Positions 51,742 through 64,000 of a stretch of DNA of 64,000 bases are shown here, in pieces (the stretch's first letter is position 1; each line of letters opens with the position of its first letter). Source of the DNA: Haliotis rubra (taxonomy: Eukaryota). Under the pieces are notes generated by a model. That model did not search any database. It was given only the letters and a program-made list of their open reading frames with translations, and had not been told where the DNA came from. The stretch is taken from NCBI RefSeq assembly GCF_003918875.1, contig NW_025766669.1, forward strand, positions 3,472,001 through 3,536,000. The letters are read 5' to 3'. The translations under genes and the position numbers were made by a program.

Positions 51742-51884
51742 TCGATGAATTAACAAATGGCGCGCTCTATTCGAGCGAGGGTGACATTACTTTGTGGTGC
51801 TTGAATGTCAATCTGAAAAGCATGGCACCCAGTGGACATGTGATAGAAATGACACCGCACAAGGTGAACATGTATGTGATAAAT

Positions 51885-52055
51885 GAACTCTGTGATAAGA
51901 AATGATCTCGGCCTGCGACGAGAAGTTATGATCTCGGCCTGTGATATGAACTTATGATCTCGGCCTGTGATATGAACTGATGATCTCGGCCTGTGATATG
52001 AATTTATGATCTCGGTCTGTGATGTGAACTGAATTTCGGTACGTGATATGATCTG
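51885..52055 (+). repeat. ~26-bp tandem repeat ATGATCTCGGCCTGTGATATGAACTT in the 3' region of copy 10
   Basis: 5-6 copies located before the AATAAA at 52294. Confidence 0.9.
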
Positions 52056-52359
52056 TGTAACAGAACCAATATGCCGCCCATTTTCATGTTTCATGTTATG
52101 AAATAAGTTTGCCTTATGATAATCTTTTACCGATTATCGTTTATGTTGTGTTCTCTCATTGCCGGTGATGTCGCGTTTCCTTTGTCATTATTGCCATCAT
52201 CTCATGTAGATGAACCAGAGGAAAGAGATATCATGTTTGTTATGTTGTATACAATTGTTACACTTTTCACAAAGCTGCTGGACAGCGAATTTCAATAAAA
52301 TACTGACATGAACTTCGAATTAGTGTTTTTTTCAATCATGGAAACTGTATAAACATATA

Positions 52360-52545
52360 GTTTGTTTGTTTGTTTAACGCTGCACTCAGCAATGTTCCAG
52401 CTGTATGGCTGCGGTCTGTAAATAATCGAGTCTGGACCAGACACTCCAGTGATCAACAGCATGAGCATTGATATACACAGTTGGGATGCGATGACACGTG
52501 TCAACTAGGTCAGCAAACCTGACCACCCTATCCTGTTAGTAGTCT
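52360..52545 (-). mobile_element. SINE-like family A, 5'-truncated
   Basis: Reverse copy with an (AAAC)n tail. Confidence 0.85.
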
Positions 52546-52657
52546 CTACAAAGATATAGAAACAACTGATTTGAGATTTCTTATGGATGTTGGAAGGGTT
52601 TTGTCGTTTCTATTTGATTGGAGGGCTGACCATATTTTATTCGCACGGGTTGGTATC

Positions 52658-52661
<4 letters not shown>

Positions 52662-52707
<46 letters not shown>

Positions 52708-52860
52708 TGAGTGTTCTTTTACGCCGTTTTTAGCAATATTCCAGCAATATCACGGCGGGGGCCACCAGAAATGGGTTTCACACAATGTACCCATGTGGGG
52801 AATCGAACCCGGGCCTTCGACGTGACGAGCTGATACTTTAACCAATAGGCTACCCCACCG
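52662..52860 (-). mobile_element. tRNA-derived SINE family B with its tail running into a (CA)n microsatellite
   Basis: A and B boxes at ~52860-52795, (TG)n at 52662-52705. Confidence 0.88.
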
Positions 52861-53371
52861 ATCCCGAGGTTGGTTGAAAAATCGTGAATATATTTGGTAG
52901 TACATGTACTACTCTTTTCAGCTACAGTTTTGCAATAAGAAGTTGTTGTTTTTTATTAGAAGTATGAGCCTGAATATTATTTCTAAGAGAAACACATTGC
53001 AAAATTATATTTTTTGTGGCAGGTACTTTTTTCTATTTTTTTTCAGAATATCGTATTGTCGGCTCATTTGGAGAATGATTGTGTGAGGTAAGTCCCTCGC
53101 TACCCAGCATTCTACTTCAGTTTTATGATGGCCTGTCAGAATGAAACCGAATTTCCAATGGCCCAGGTTCTCGAAGCCTACACGCTGGTGCTGAGTTGGA
53201 GTGAAACTGGGATTGGAAAACTTGTTAACCCGAGGGGTTTGTCTCTCTGCATCGGGGCAGCATTAACAAGTCAGTTGTGCACTGAAGTCGTGACGATACG
53301 CACATACCAGTCAGTGAGCATCAACCAGATGTCGATATTGTACATCTTAAAGTCAGAGTCTGGGCATTGTC

Positions 53372-53670
53372 GTTAAAGCGTTCGCTCGTCACACCGAAGA
53401 ACCGGGTTCGATTCCCCACATAGGTGCAGTGTGTGAAGCCCATTTCTGGTGCCCCCCGCTTTGATGTTCCTGGAACATTGCGTAAAACAAAACTCACTCA
53501 CTGGGCATTTGATACGCGGTGTAGCCAACTTTACATACCCCCATACATACGCACGCACGCACGCACGCACGCACATACAAACATACATACATACATAGAA
53601 ACGCATACATACATACATACATACTAGTACATACATACATGCATCATGCATACACACACACACACACACA
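53372..53670 (+). mobile_element. SINE family B (53372-53502) followed by (GCAC)n/(CATA)n/(CA)n microsatellites
   Basis: B box GGTTCGATTCC. The simple repeats are directly visible. Confidence 0.85.
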
Positions 53671-53980
53671 AGTCTGGATTACCTAGGTTTCTCAAAATGA
53701 AGAAAGTCTCTGGGCTCCTTTTTATTGTATTTCATTTTAATTTAAAAACTTTAATTTAAAAAAAGATATGCTTATTTCAGAGACTAGTTGTTAGTCTAAC
53801 GGTAGTTGTACATGCTACTGTACATTCTACCGACTTGTAGAAGGGCACCCGATAGGATGACCTACTTAACTAACAGTCCGATGCAATTTTAAATCAATAA
53901 ACTGTCGATGAAACAAAATTGAATCGTTAATCCTTAGACGCACATGGAAGTTATTGCGGATTAGTGGGATCTCGTGAATG

Positions 53981-54211
53981 TCTGTGAAGGTCTGGGTTAG
54001 AATATTGATCTTCAGTAACCCATGCTTGTCGTAAGAGGCGATTAACGGGATCGGGTGGTCACGCTCGCTGACTTGGTTGACACATGTCATCGGTTCCCAA
54101 TTGCGCAGATCGATGCTCATGTTGTTGATCACTAGATTTTCTGGTCGACTCGATTATTATATAGCTGGAATTTTGCTGAGTGCTGCGTAAAACTAAACTC
54201 ACTCACTCACT
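53981..54211 (+). mobile_element. SINE-like family A
   Basis: Near full-length copy. Confidence 0.9.
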
Positions 54212-54435
54212 CCTGTTGGGGTCATTACATGCTGTCATGGAGGTATGACAACGAAAGTCAACTGAGTACAAATACCCCGGAGACAGGGCAATATGGTAAC
54301 TAGTTGTCTGCGACCTTTGGAACATGGACAGACTTGAGGTTTATGTAACGGTGTTTTCATGTAAATGTTTCACTATAAATGTTGAGATGGTTTGTTAATT
54401 CTATTCATACTGAGTAAACATAAACATTTTTTGAC

Positions 54436-54601
54436 GGGGACGGTGGGGTAGCCTTGCGGTTAAAGCGTTCGTTCGTCACGTCGAAGGCCCGGGTTCGATT
54501 CCCCATATGGGTACAATGTGTGAAACACATTTCTGGTGTCCGCCGCCGTAATATTGTTGGAATATCGCTAAAAGCGGAGTAAAACCAAATTCACTTACTC
54601 A
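54436..54601 (+). mobile_element. tRNA-derived SINE family B
   Basis: Full-length copy with A and B boxes and the family tail. Confidence 0.9.
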
Positions 54602-55402
54602 TTTTAAGAGTTATGTGGGGAAAAACTCGATTTATTGAGTGATCTATGCACAGAAAAAATGTTTTTCTGTTTCGCCAGAAAACAACGTGCACTTGAATAA
54701 AAAATGTGGATAAAAACATCTCAGAAAACAACAGTCGAATTCATTAGATTACATAATTATTCACATCCTCTGTAATATTTTCATGAATCGCGAGCTTACT
54801 AATAAATAGCATTCGTCACATTTACATGCCACACACGTCAACGTTTTCTTATGCTCTACTCGAACCAGTCAATGAAGGACATTTTACAATTAATTTTGTG
54901 AGTTTTATACAAATGAGAACTAATTTGCAAACATGCTGTCTTCAATCATTATGGATAAAAAAGGCCAAGCCTCCATCACACTGTGATGTAACGTACGACG
55001 TTGGCTAAGCGTCAAGGATGTCTATAGCATGTTGATATCAAGTAATCAATATCGATGAGTAGGTGACAGCTGTCGTTCAAGCCACCACCGCGCGTACTAA
55101 TTACAATGATTGGTTTGTCAAATTGGAAACTAATTTTAAACTTTAAACTTTGAAACCGTTGTGTTCATACCATGTGATGTAAATAGTAAGTGGTGGATTT
55201 AATTGTATTTTCTCCTTCTCTGACCTACACGTCAATAAGATGCACCAATGCATGTTGATTGCATTCTAACCCAGTGAACGTTAGAACTTCATTGCACTTT
55301 TCTGACCCCAGACAGTGTAGTTTGTATGCTAATGTGAATATACTCAGAGGAATCCTGCCAACATTTGAAGAACTGTTTAATGTTCTTAACACTAACAGCA
55401 GT

Positions 55403-55645
55403 GACCCGTGAAGGTCCGGGTTAGAATGAATCTTCAGTAACTCATGCTTGTCGTAAGAGGCGACTAACGGGATCGGGTGGTCAGGGTCGCTGACTTGGTT
55501 AACACATGTCATCGGTTCCCAATTGCGCAGTTCGATGTTCATGCTGTTGATCAGTGGATTGTCTGGTCCAGACTCGATTATTTACGGACCGCCGCCATAT
55601 AGCTGGAATATTGCTGAGTGCGGCGTAAAACTAAACTCACTCACT
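55403..55645 (+). mobile_element. SINE-like family A
   Basis: Full-length copy. Confidence 0.92.
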
Positions 55646-55859
55646 GAGAGCAGTTGAATTATGATATTCAGGGAAAACCCGTTAACAGAAAAGGCTCTGC
55701 TTTAAATTTCCCGATAACGAATCTTGAGTTTGTTTTTACATCCCTTCTATTTTGAAACCACTGACGATTAATTATCCGGAAAGACGAGGTTCCGATCTGT
55801 CGGGGTCCAGATTAACGCGTTTTCACTGCGCAAAGTACGTAGAAAATGTGTGACAGAGT

Positions 55860-58275
55860 TGGACCTCTATACAGAACACTCCTAGAAGACTAAACACCTC
55901 TGTTAACAAGACTTTTAGAAGACAATAACCACTGTCAGTTTCTGACTGTCTTTACACTCGGTCAGTAAGACATCTAGACTAGAGACCTATGTCGGTGAGA
56001 TTTCTAGCAGGCTAAACCACTCTGTTCCAGCAAGCAGTACAGTCTATCAGCAAGACATCTAGTAGACTACAGATCTGTATCAGTGAGTGAGTGAGTAAGT
56101 TTAGTTTTACACCGCACTCAGCAATAGTCCAGCTATATGGCGGCGGTCTGTAAAGAAGACAATAAGATCAATTCCGACCCGGCTTTTCACGGGTCTGTAT
56201 CAGTAAAACACCCGGATCTTCACGGGTCTGTATCAGTAAAACGTCCAGCTGACTAAGAACCTTTATCAATGAGACTCACACTATACACTCTATCTAGTAG
56301 ATGCCTTACTAAAGGAACGTATAGTCAGGTAGTCTTACCGATTGAGGTGTATCATCTGCTAGAGGACTCACTGGTAAAGACTACACTCTATCATTAAGGC
56401 ATCAAACAGACTATGACCTATATCAGTAAAACCGCCAGTGTACTGATAGAAGTCTATAGTCAACTATGAGTGAGTAAGTGAGTTTAGTTTTACGCCGCAC
56501 TCAGCAATATTCCAGCTATATGACAGCGGTCTGTAAATAATCGAGTCTGGACCAGACAATCCAGTGATCAACAGCATGAGCATCGAACTGCGCAAATGGG
56601 AACCGATGACATGTGTCAACCAAGTCAGTGAGCCTGACCACCCGATCCCGTTAATCGCCTTTTACGACAAGCATTTGTTACTGAAGATCAATATTCTAAC
56701 CCAGACCTTCACGGGTTATAGTCAACTATAGTAGACTATAGACCTCTATCAGTAAGATTTCTAGCAAGCCATACACCTCTATCAGTAAAACATCTAGTAG
56801 ACTATAGACTTCTATCAGTAAAACATCTAGTAGACTATAGACTTCTATCAGTAAAACATCTAGTAGACTATAGACCTCTATCAGTAAGGTTTCTAGCAAG
56901 CCATATACCTCTATCAGTAAAACATCTAGTAAACTATAGACCTCTATCAGTAAAACATCTAGTAGACTATAGACCTCTATCAGTAAAACATCTAGTAGAC
57001 TATAGACCTCTATCAGTAAAACATCTAGTAGACTATATACCTCTATCAGCAAAACATCTAGTAGACTATAGACCTCTATCAGTAAAATATCTAGTAGACT
57101 ATAGACCCTATCAGTCAAACATCTAGTAGACTATAGACCTCTATCAGTAAAACATCTAGTAGACTATAGACTTCTATCAGTAAAACATCTAGTAGACTAT
57201 AGACCTCTATCAGTAAAACATCTAGTAGACTATATACCTCTATCAGCAAAATATCTAGTAGACTATAGACTTCTATCAGTAAAACATCTAGTAGACTATA
57301 GACCTCTATCAGTAAAACATCTAGTAAACTATAGACCTCTATCAGTAAAACATCTAGTAGACTATAGACTTCTATCAGTAAAACATCTAGTAGACTATAG
57401 ACTTCTATCAGTAAAACATCTAGTAGACTATAGACCTCTATCAGTAAAACATCTAGTAGACTATAGACCTCTATCAGTAAACATCTAGTAGACTATAGAC
57501 CTCTATTAGTAAAACATCTAGTAGACTATAGACCTCTATCAGTAAAACATCTAGTAGACTATAGACCTCTATCAGTAAAACATCTAGTAGACTATAGACC
57601 TCTATCAGTAAAACATCTAGTAGACAACAGACCTCTATCAGTAAAACATCTAGTAGACAACAGACCTCTATCAGTAAAACATCTAGTAGACTATAGACCT
57701 CTATCAGTAAAACATCTAGTAGACTATAGACCTCTATCAGTAATACATCTAGTAGACTATAGACCTCTATCAGTAAAACATCTAGTAGACTATAGACCTC
57801 TATCAGTAAAACATCTAGTAGACTATAGACCTCTATCAGTAAAACATCTAGTAGACTATAGACCTCTATCAGTAAAACATCTAGTAGACTATAGACCTCT
57901 ATCAGTAAAACATCTAGTAGACTATAGACCTCTATCAGTAAAACATCTAGTAGACTATAGACCTCTATCAGTAAAACATCTAGTAGACTATAGACCTCTA
58001 TCAGTAAAACATCTAGTAGACAACAGACCTCTATCAGTAACACATCTAGTAGACAACAGACCTCTATCAGTAACACATCTAGTAGACTATAGACCTCTAT
58101 CAGTAAAACATCTAGTAGACTACAGACCTCTATCAGTAAGGTTTGTAACAAGTAATGTATCGATATCAGTAAAACAACTAGCAGGCTACGGGACACTCTG
58201 TCAGTTAGTCATCTAGTAAACTACAGGCTTTTATGAGAAAGCCATCTAGCAGGTGATACCCTCAATCAGTAAAAC
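55860..58275 (+). repeat. 33-bp minisatellite AGTAAAACATCTAGTAGACTATAGACCTCTATC
   Basis: Homogeneous core at ~56725-58140 (~43 units) with degenerate flanks. Interrupted by SINE pieces at 56082-56195 and 56468-56716. Confidence 0.97.
56468..56716 (-). mobile_element. SINE-like family A inserted in the minisatellite
   Basis: 13-bp TSD TATAGTCAACTAT at 56455-56467 and 56717-56729. Confidence 0.93.
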
Positions 58276-58372
58276 AAAGTCGTACAAAAAAGTCGTGGCG
58301 GATCAACGATAATGACGTGTTCCGACAAGACTTGGATCTTCTCAAACAGCAGGGTGCCTATATGAATCTAAA

Positions 58373-58707
58373 CAGGGCTCCAGATACTTTTTCATGATCA
58401 GGAGTACATACTCCTTATTTGTTCAGTATAGGAGTACTGGAAAACCTGGAGTACTGGAGTACATTTAGAGTACTGATGGAATTTAATGGAGTATCAGTAA
58501 TCGTGTGTTTCGTTTCATATATGCACCATAACATTGCTACTCTTGTGTAAACGGGTCAATGAACAATAAAACAATATTTTTCAGATAAATACGTCTGTAC
58601 ACCATTGCTGTGCTGGGTATTTGCTACATTTTCTAAATTATTTCCTACCGTGTCCTACTTATTTTATAACGGTACATACGCCGATACGGCCCTTATCTGG
58701 AGCCCTG
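58373..58707. mobile_element. MITE with 14-bp TIRs CAGGGCTCCAGATA
   Basis: TIRs at 58373-58386 and 58694-58707, with internal GGAGTACT repeats. CTAAA lies at 58368-58372 and again at 58815-58819, beyond the nested element. Confidence 0.8.
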
Positions 58708-58811
58708 CCCGGCCTAGATTTTCGAAGCTCTCTTAGCGCTAAGACAGTCGTAAGTGGCATACATTAACATACGACTATCTTAGCGCTAAGAGAGCTTCGA
58801 AAATCTAGGCC
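58708..58811. mobile_element. Palindromic PIF/Harbinger-like MITE nested at the right TIR of the previous element
   Basis: Perfect 34-bp inverted arms GGCCTAGATTTTCGAAGCTCTCTTAGCGCTAAGA. CTG is duplicated at 58705-58707 and 58812-58814. Confidence 0.8.
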
Positions 58812-59529
58812 CTGCTAAATACATAATGCTCAAACGAAACGTCGCCGTCGACACAGCCAATACCGACATCAGCAACACAACACCGACACCAGCAATACAA
58901 TACCCGTAACAGAAACCAGTGAAAAAACACAAAACCATACAAGGCTTTCATTTTATGTGTGCTTAAGTAGACCTAGTGCCGATAAAACTACATATTCACC
59001 TTGGAATCCAATACATTGGCCATTCTATCTACAAGACATCATCGCATTTGAAACACGTGTCTCCGAACCTGGTATAGTAGGGACCCCCAATACAGAAACG
59101 TGCAGCGTAGACGACAGGGTGATTGACAGCAACCTACACGGTGGCGTTAGTTCATTACGTGACAGCAATGAAATTAACAACCTACACCATCAGCTGGGGC
59201 CAGTTTGGTCTTCTGGTACTGCTAACTGAGAAACCTTTGACATTCAAAGAAATTAACACAGTAATTCATTACCAAATAAGGGAATTCTCAGATAGTCTCG
59301 TGTACGACGAATTCAGAAGTACGATGTAGTGTGAATAAGTTCCGTCTTCAATATAATTTGGAAAAAGGATAGTGTATTTGAATAAATGTATCAAAATATA
59401 TACATCAATCCAGGAGATGGTTGAAATATGTACTACTATGATGTTACGTCATTCTTCAAGTTCATCATCAGTGAGAAAATTCAAGCGAAATTCGAAATCC
59501 CTACAAGAACTCTTCCTGTCGACATGTTC

Positions 59530-59762
59530 ATTTGTTGTTTAAAACAGCAGTAAGCATTATTCTAGCTATATGGTGGCGGTCTGTAAATAATCGAAACAGC
59601 CAACAATCCAGTGATCAACAGTATGAGCATCGATTTACGCAATTGGGATACGATGACATGTGTCAACCGAGTCAGACAGCCTGACCACCCGATCCCGTTT
59701 TTCGCCTCCTACGACAAGCATGGGTTGCTGAAGATCAGTTCTAGCCTGGATCTTCACGGGTC
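59530..59762 (-). mobile_element. SINE-like family A
   Basis: Diverged full-length reverse copy. Confidence 0.88.
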
Positions 59763-59927
59763 CGTACGTTTTTGAGTGGGTAAACTAATAAGTGTGTCTG
59801 TGTCTGCGTACGTGTATTTACCTATATGATAAGGGCAAAATGACGTTTACGGTAATTCAGTAAACTACGTTTGTATGCTTTTAACGAACTTACAGATATA
59901 ACGAACTTTTGGGCTTTGTCTCTTAGA

Positions 59928-60085
59928 GTGAGTGAGTTGGGTTTTACGCCACTTTTAGCAATATTCCAGCAATATCACTGCGGGGGACACTAGAAATGGG
60001 CTTCACACATTGTACCACGTGGGGAATCGAACCCGGGTCTTCGGCGTGACAAGCGGACGCTTTAACCACTGGGCTACCCAACCGG
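59928..60085 (-). mobile_element. tRNA-derived SINE family B
   Basis: A and B boxes. TTGTCTCTTAGAG is duplicated at 59916 and 60091. Confidence 0.9.
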
Positions 60086-60999
60086 CCATCTTGTCTCTTA
60101 GAGAAAATTTCAGTTGACATGTGTATAACGAACTAGGGTTACTGAACTTAGTAATCTTTTCGAGTTCGGTTTTACCGTAGTTTACTCTACTTCGACACCC
60201 AAAATAAGCAAATAAACGTATGCTACTGCCATAATGCATATGGATCAAATACTAATAAATAAAAATTGATTTGTGTAACTAGATAATGAAATAAAAAGTG
60301 AATCAAAAACGTCAGAAAACCATAAAAAAAAACACATACGTAATGTATATTACCTTTTCACTAAATTCAATACGATACGGACGTACTATTAAAGCAAGAC
60401 GGTTGACTTCTCGTATCTCATATATCAACAGATCAGACATTGTAGGAAATTAATAATGTCTCGACCTGTGCTATGTATATGAACACTGAAGCGGATAAAT
60501 ATATAGGTCAACCGAGCTGTGACATTTGTTAAAATGTTGAACAACCGTTGACCGTTAATCCTGAATCATATCCAGTCTGTCTTCTGGGTAAAAGGGGCAC
60601 TACCTGTCAACACTACCAGTATTAACACGGTAGTAACTAAGAAGACTGATACTTATACTACTGACACATATATAACCATCTGTTAATGAAACACGTACGG
60701 TGGTGTCGATTTCAGTGTCCAGTTTGAATGAAATGTACAATCTGTATGTCAAGTACAGTATTAAAGCCTAACGGCCCGTCAAACATACGTGACATTCATT
60801 TGGCATTTTGACGTGAGGATAGTAAGGGCTTGACACATATGTTGAAGAGCACTATCGAATACTTAATTCGCGTTTCAGCTGGTGAGAGAGCAGCTGTGCT
60901 CGAAGCGCTCGTACAATCTCCAATACTCCTCCCGCATATATAGCCATCAACATTCTATACGAGTGAATCTCAAGAAATATGTTCAACTTAATGTTTATT

Positions 61000-61225
61000 T
61001 ATTGTTGTCTAACGCCCACTCAGCAGGATTCCAGCTATATGGCGGCGGTCTGTAAATAATCGAGTCTGTCAACAATCTAGTGATCAACAGTATGAGCATC
61101 GATTTACGCAATTGGGATACGATGACATGTGTCAGACCAAGTCAGTGAGCCTGACCACCCGATCCCGTTAGTCGCCTCTTACGACAAACATTGGTTACTG
61201 AAGACCAATTTAACCCGATGTTCAG
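61000..61225 (-). mobile_element. SINE-like family A
   Basis: Diverged reverse copy. Confidence 0.85.
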
Positions 61226-62359
61226 GTGTGCATGTACAATTTAATGCAAGTTGTTTACAAGAATATATATTTTACAAAGGGACCCTGATTATCCGATGGA
61301 AACTGTTTACCTGATAAACACATTCTGAATAAACGAATTATAGCCGTTCGTAAATTACAGAACATAAGGGTTTCATTAAGTTATTGTCAGTAGATTGATC
61401 AGAGGTTTGAGTGTGCTTTGCACCCATCCAAACAAGGCAAACGTGAAGGAGATAAAATCATATGTACATCAAATGGGTACCCGTCAGTTTGTGAAAGCGT
61501 TGGCGTTTTTGCCATACAGGAGGCATGTTATAACCTTGTTTTCTGTTCGATAGTTTATAAAAGTAACACGTTCATATGAAGTCTCTACTCAAAGCACAAG
61601 CATTTTATTATTCCGGCTATTTGATTATAAGGAACACATGCAAGGGCTAGGCAATTTTTCACTTGACTATACAGATGGTACAAGTCAATATATATTTTTA
61701 ATTTAACAATACAGTTGAAATGGACACCGATCTGATTGAAATCTACACAAAAGCTCATCTAGTGTAAACGGCACAGATGAATACTGCTTAACAACGCATT
61801 CAGCAATATATACGGTTACCGTATATATACAAGTCTGGACCTGGCAAACCGGAGAATAAAGGCACGAGAGAAGACCCATGTAATGAGTACACATTGGTCA
61901 GCAAAGTCACAGAGTTGCCCCCCAGGTTCTCATTTCTCTCAGCTCAACACTACAGCAAGAAGGAGGAACTTGGACCTATCCTTTCCCGGAGCACCCACAG
62001 GGCAAGAGAATGTGTCAATACGACGACGTGCATAGACTAGAGAGACCGAGTTCTACAGCTCTTTGCGGAGCTACCCTTACTTTCTAAAGACTTTAACCTA
62101 CACTTCGTTCAACTTGGGCGGTAAGACCAACTGGAAAGGTTCAGCTTGCTGGAATAATTGATGAAGCTACTGAAAGAGAAATTGAAACTATTATTCTGTA
62201 ATTGCATGCTTACTTTACTATTTTAAATCAAGTTGCTATATAAAACTGTCATAGTAGAACAGAGCACAATTGTGACATGCTAAGGCTAAGTATCTTGGCA
62301 TGGCCAAAAGTAGCAAACACGGAATATTTTCGGGGTTGGCGTGGACGATGAATAAGTGA

Positions 62360-64000
62360 CAGATATAATGCAGGTGTAAAAGTAGTACAGAGAACGAAGG
62401 ATGCACATTCGGTTCAGAGAATGCAGGTGAAAAGTAGTACTGAAAACGAAGGATGCACAAGCGGTTCAGAGAATGCTGGTGAGAAGTAGTACTGAGAAAG
62501 AAGGATGCACATGCGGTTCAGAGAATGCTGGTGAAAAGTGGGACTGAGAATGAAGGATGAACAAGCCGTTCAGAGAATGCTGGTGAAAAGTAATACTGAG
62601 AACGAAGGATGAACAACCGGTTCAGAGAATGCAGGTGTATAAGTAGTACAGAGAATGAAGGATGAACAAGCCGTTCAGAGAATACAGGTGTATAAATAGT
62701 ACAGAGAATGAAGGATGAACAAGCCGTTCAGATAATGCAGGTGTATAAGTAGTACAGAGAATGAAGGATGAACAAGCCGTTCAGAGAATGCAGGTGTATA
62801 AGTAGTATTGAGAATGAAGGATGAACAAGCCGTTCAGAGAATGCAGGTGTATAAGTAGTACAGAGAATGAAGGATGAACAAGCCGTTCAGAGAATGCAGG
62901 TGTATAAGTAGTACTGAGAACGAAGGATGAACAAGCCGTTCAGAAAATACAGGTGTATAAGTAGTACAGAGAATGAAGGATGAACAAGCCGTTCAGAGAA
63001 TACAGGTGTATAAGTAGTACAGAGAATGAAGGATGAACAAGCCGTTCAGAGAATACAGGTGTATAAATAGTACAGAGAATGAAGGATGAACAACCGGTTC
63101 AGAGAATGCAGGTGTATAAGTAGTACAGAGAATGAAGGATGAACAAGCCGTTCAGAGAATGCAGGTGTATAAGTAGTACAGAGAATGAAGGATGAACAAG
63201 CCGTTCAGAGAATGCAGGTGTATAAGTAGTACAGAGAATGAAGGATGAACAAGCCGTTCAGAGAATGCAGGTGTATAAGTAGTACTGAGAATGAAGGATG
63301 AACAAGCCGTTCAGAGAATGCAGGTGTATAAGTAGTACAGAGAGTGAAGGATGAACAAGCCGTTTAGAGAATGCAGGTGTATAAGTAGTATTGAGAATGA
63401 AGGATGAACAAGCCGTTCAGAGAATGCAGGTGTATAAGTAGTACTGAGAATGAAGGATGAACAAGCCGTTCAGAGAATGCAGGTGTATAAGTAGTACAGA
63501 GAATGAAAGCCGGATGAGGTGTATAAATAGTACAGAGAATGATGAGGTGTATAAGTATAAGTACAGAGAATGAAGGATGAACAAGAGAATGCAGGTGTTC
63601 AGAGAATGAAGACAGGTGTATGCAGGTAGTATTGAGAATGAAGGATGAACAAGCCGTTTAGAGAATGCAGGTGTATAAGTAGTATTGAGAATGAAGGATG
63701 AACAAGCCGTTCAGAGAATGCAGGTGTATAAGTAGTACTGAGAATGAAGGATGAACAAGCCGTTCAGAGAATGCAGGTGTATAAGTAGTACAGAGAATGA
63801 AGGATGAACAAGCCGTTCAGAGAATGCAGGTGTATAAGTAGTACTGAGAATGAAGGATGAACAAGCCGTTCAGAGAATGCAGGTGTATAAGTAGTATTGA
63901 GAATGAAGGATGAACAAGCCGTTCAGAGAATACAGGTGTATAAGTAGTACAGAGAATGAAGGATGAACAAGCCGTTCAGAGAATGCAGGTGTATAAGTAG
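62360..64000 (+). repeat. 53-bp minisatellite GAGAATGAAGGATGAACAAGCCGTTCAGAGAATGCAGGTGTATAAGTAGTACA
   Basis: About 30 units running off the window end, with a scrambled patch at ~63505-63625. Confidence 0.97.

Noticed and set aside
56726-58196. ORFs of repeated LLDVLLIEVYS
   Set aside because: Translation of a 33-bp minisatellite that lacks stops in one frame. The frame is broken by indels and there is no gene structure.
31296-60085. tRNA-Asp-like sequences (GTC anticodon-like loop, GGTTCGATTCC)
   Set aside because: They are SINE heads with an attached body and tail, target-site duplications and many diverged copies, not tRNA genes.
63505-63625. Scrambled segment within the 53-bp minisatellite
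   Set aside because: It looks like a consensus or assembly artefact, similar in character to the scrambled patch at 10955-11110.
56725-64000. 33-bp and 53-bp arrays as possible CRISPR arrays
   Set aside because: Head-to-tail repeats with no unique spacers and no cas genes, in a eukaryotic context.

Overview
AT-rich, intron-containing animal genomic DNA. The SINE families suggest a mollusc, probably an abalone-type gastropod (inference). The main feature is a cluster of plus-strand, two-exon genes for an atypical Rho-family small GTPase, closest in motifs to the Cdc42/RhoJ/RhoQ branch. Bases 1-29.3 kb are a near-identical tandem array built from an ~8.3 kb A+B dimer and hold 7 copies: 3 intact (14914, 23244, 28473) and 4 damaged as assembled. 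A decayed 8th copy at ~32.6 kb is interrupted by SINE insertions, and two older intact paralogs lie at 43.9 kb and 50.7 kb. Every copy with a readable G3 box has Lys instead of the catalytic Gln61 (DTAGK), and all copies with exon 2 have a shortened Rho insert and no CAAX box, ending in a polybasic amphipathic tail. Array copies also have Ser at position 12. These changes predict GTPase-deficient, non-prenylated, dosage-controlled Rho proteins. Exons are homogenised between paralogs whose introns do not align. The rest of the window is SINEs (three families with related 3' tails), LINE, DIRS and Penelope fragments (one with a minimal hammerhead-type fold), MITEs, orphan minus-strand exons, and 33-bp, 53-bp and ~176-bp tandem repeats. 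Repeat boundaries were read by eye and are approximate.
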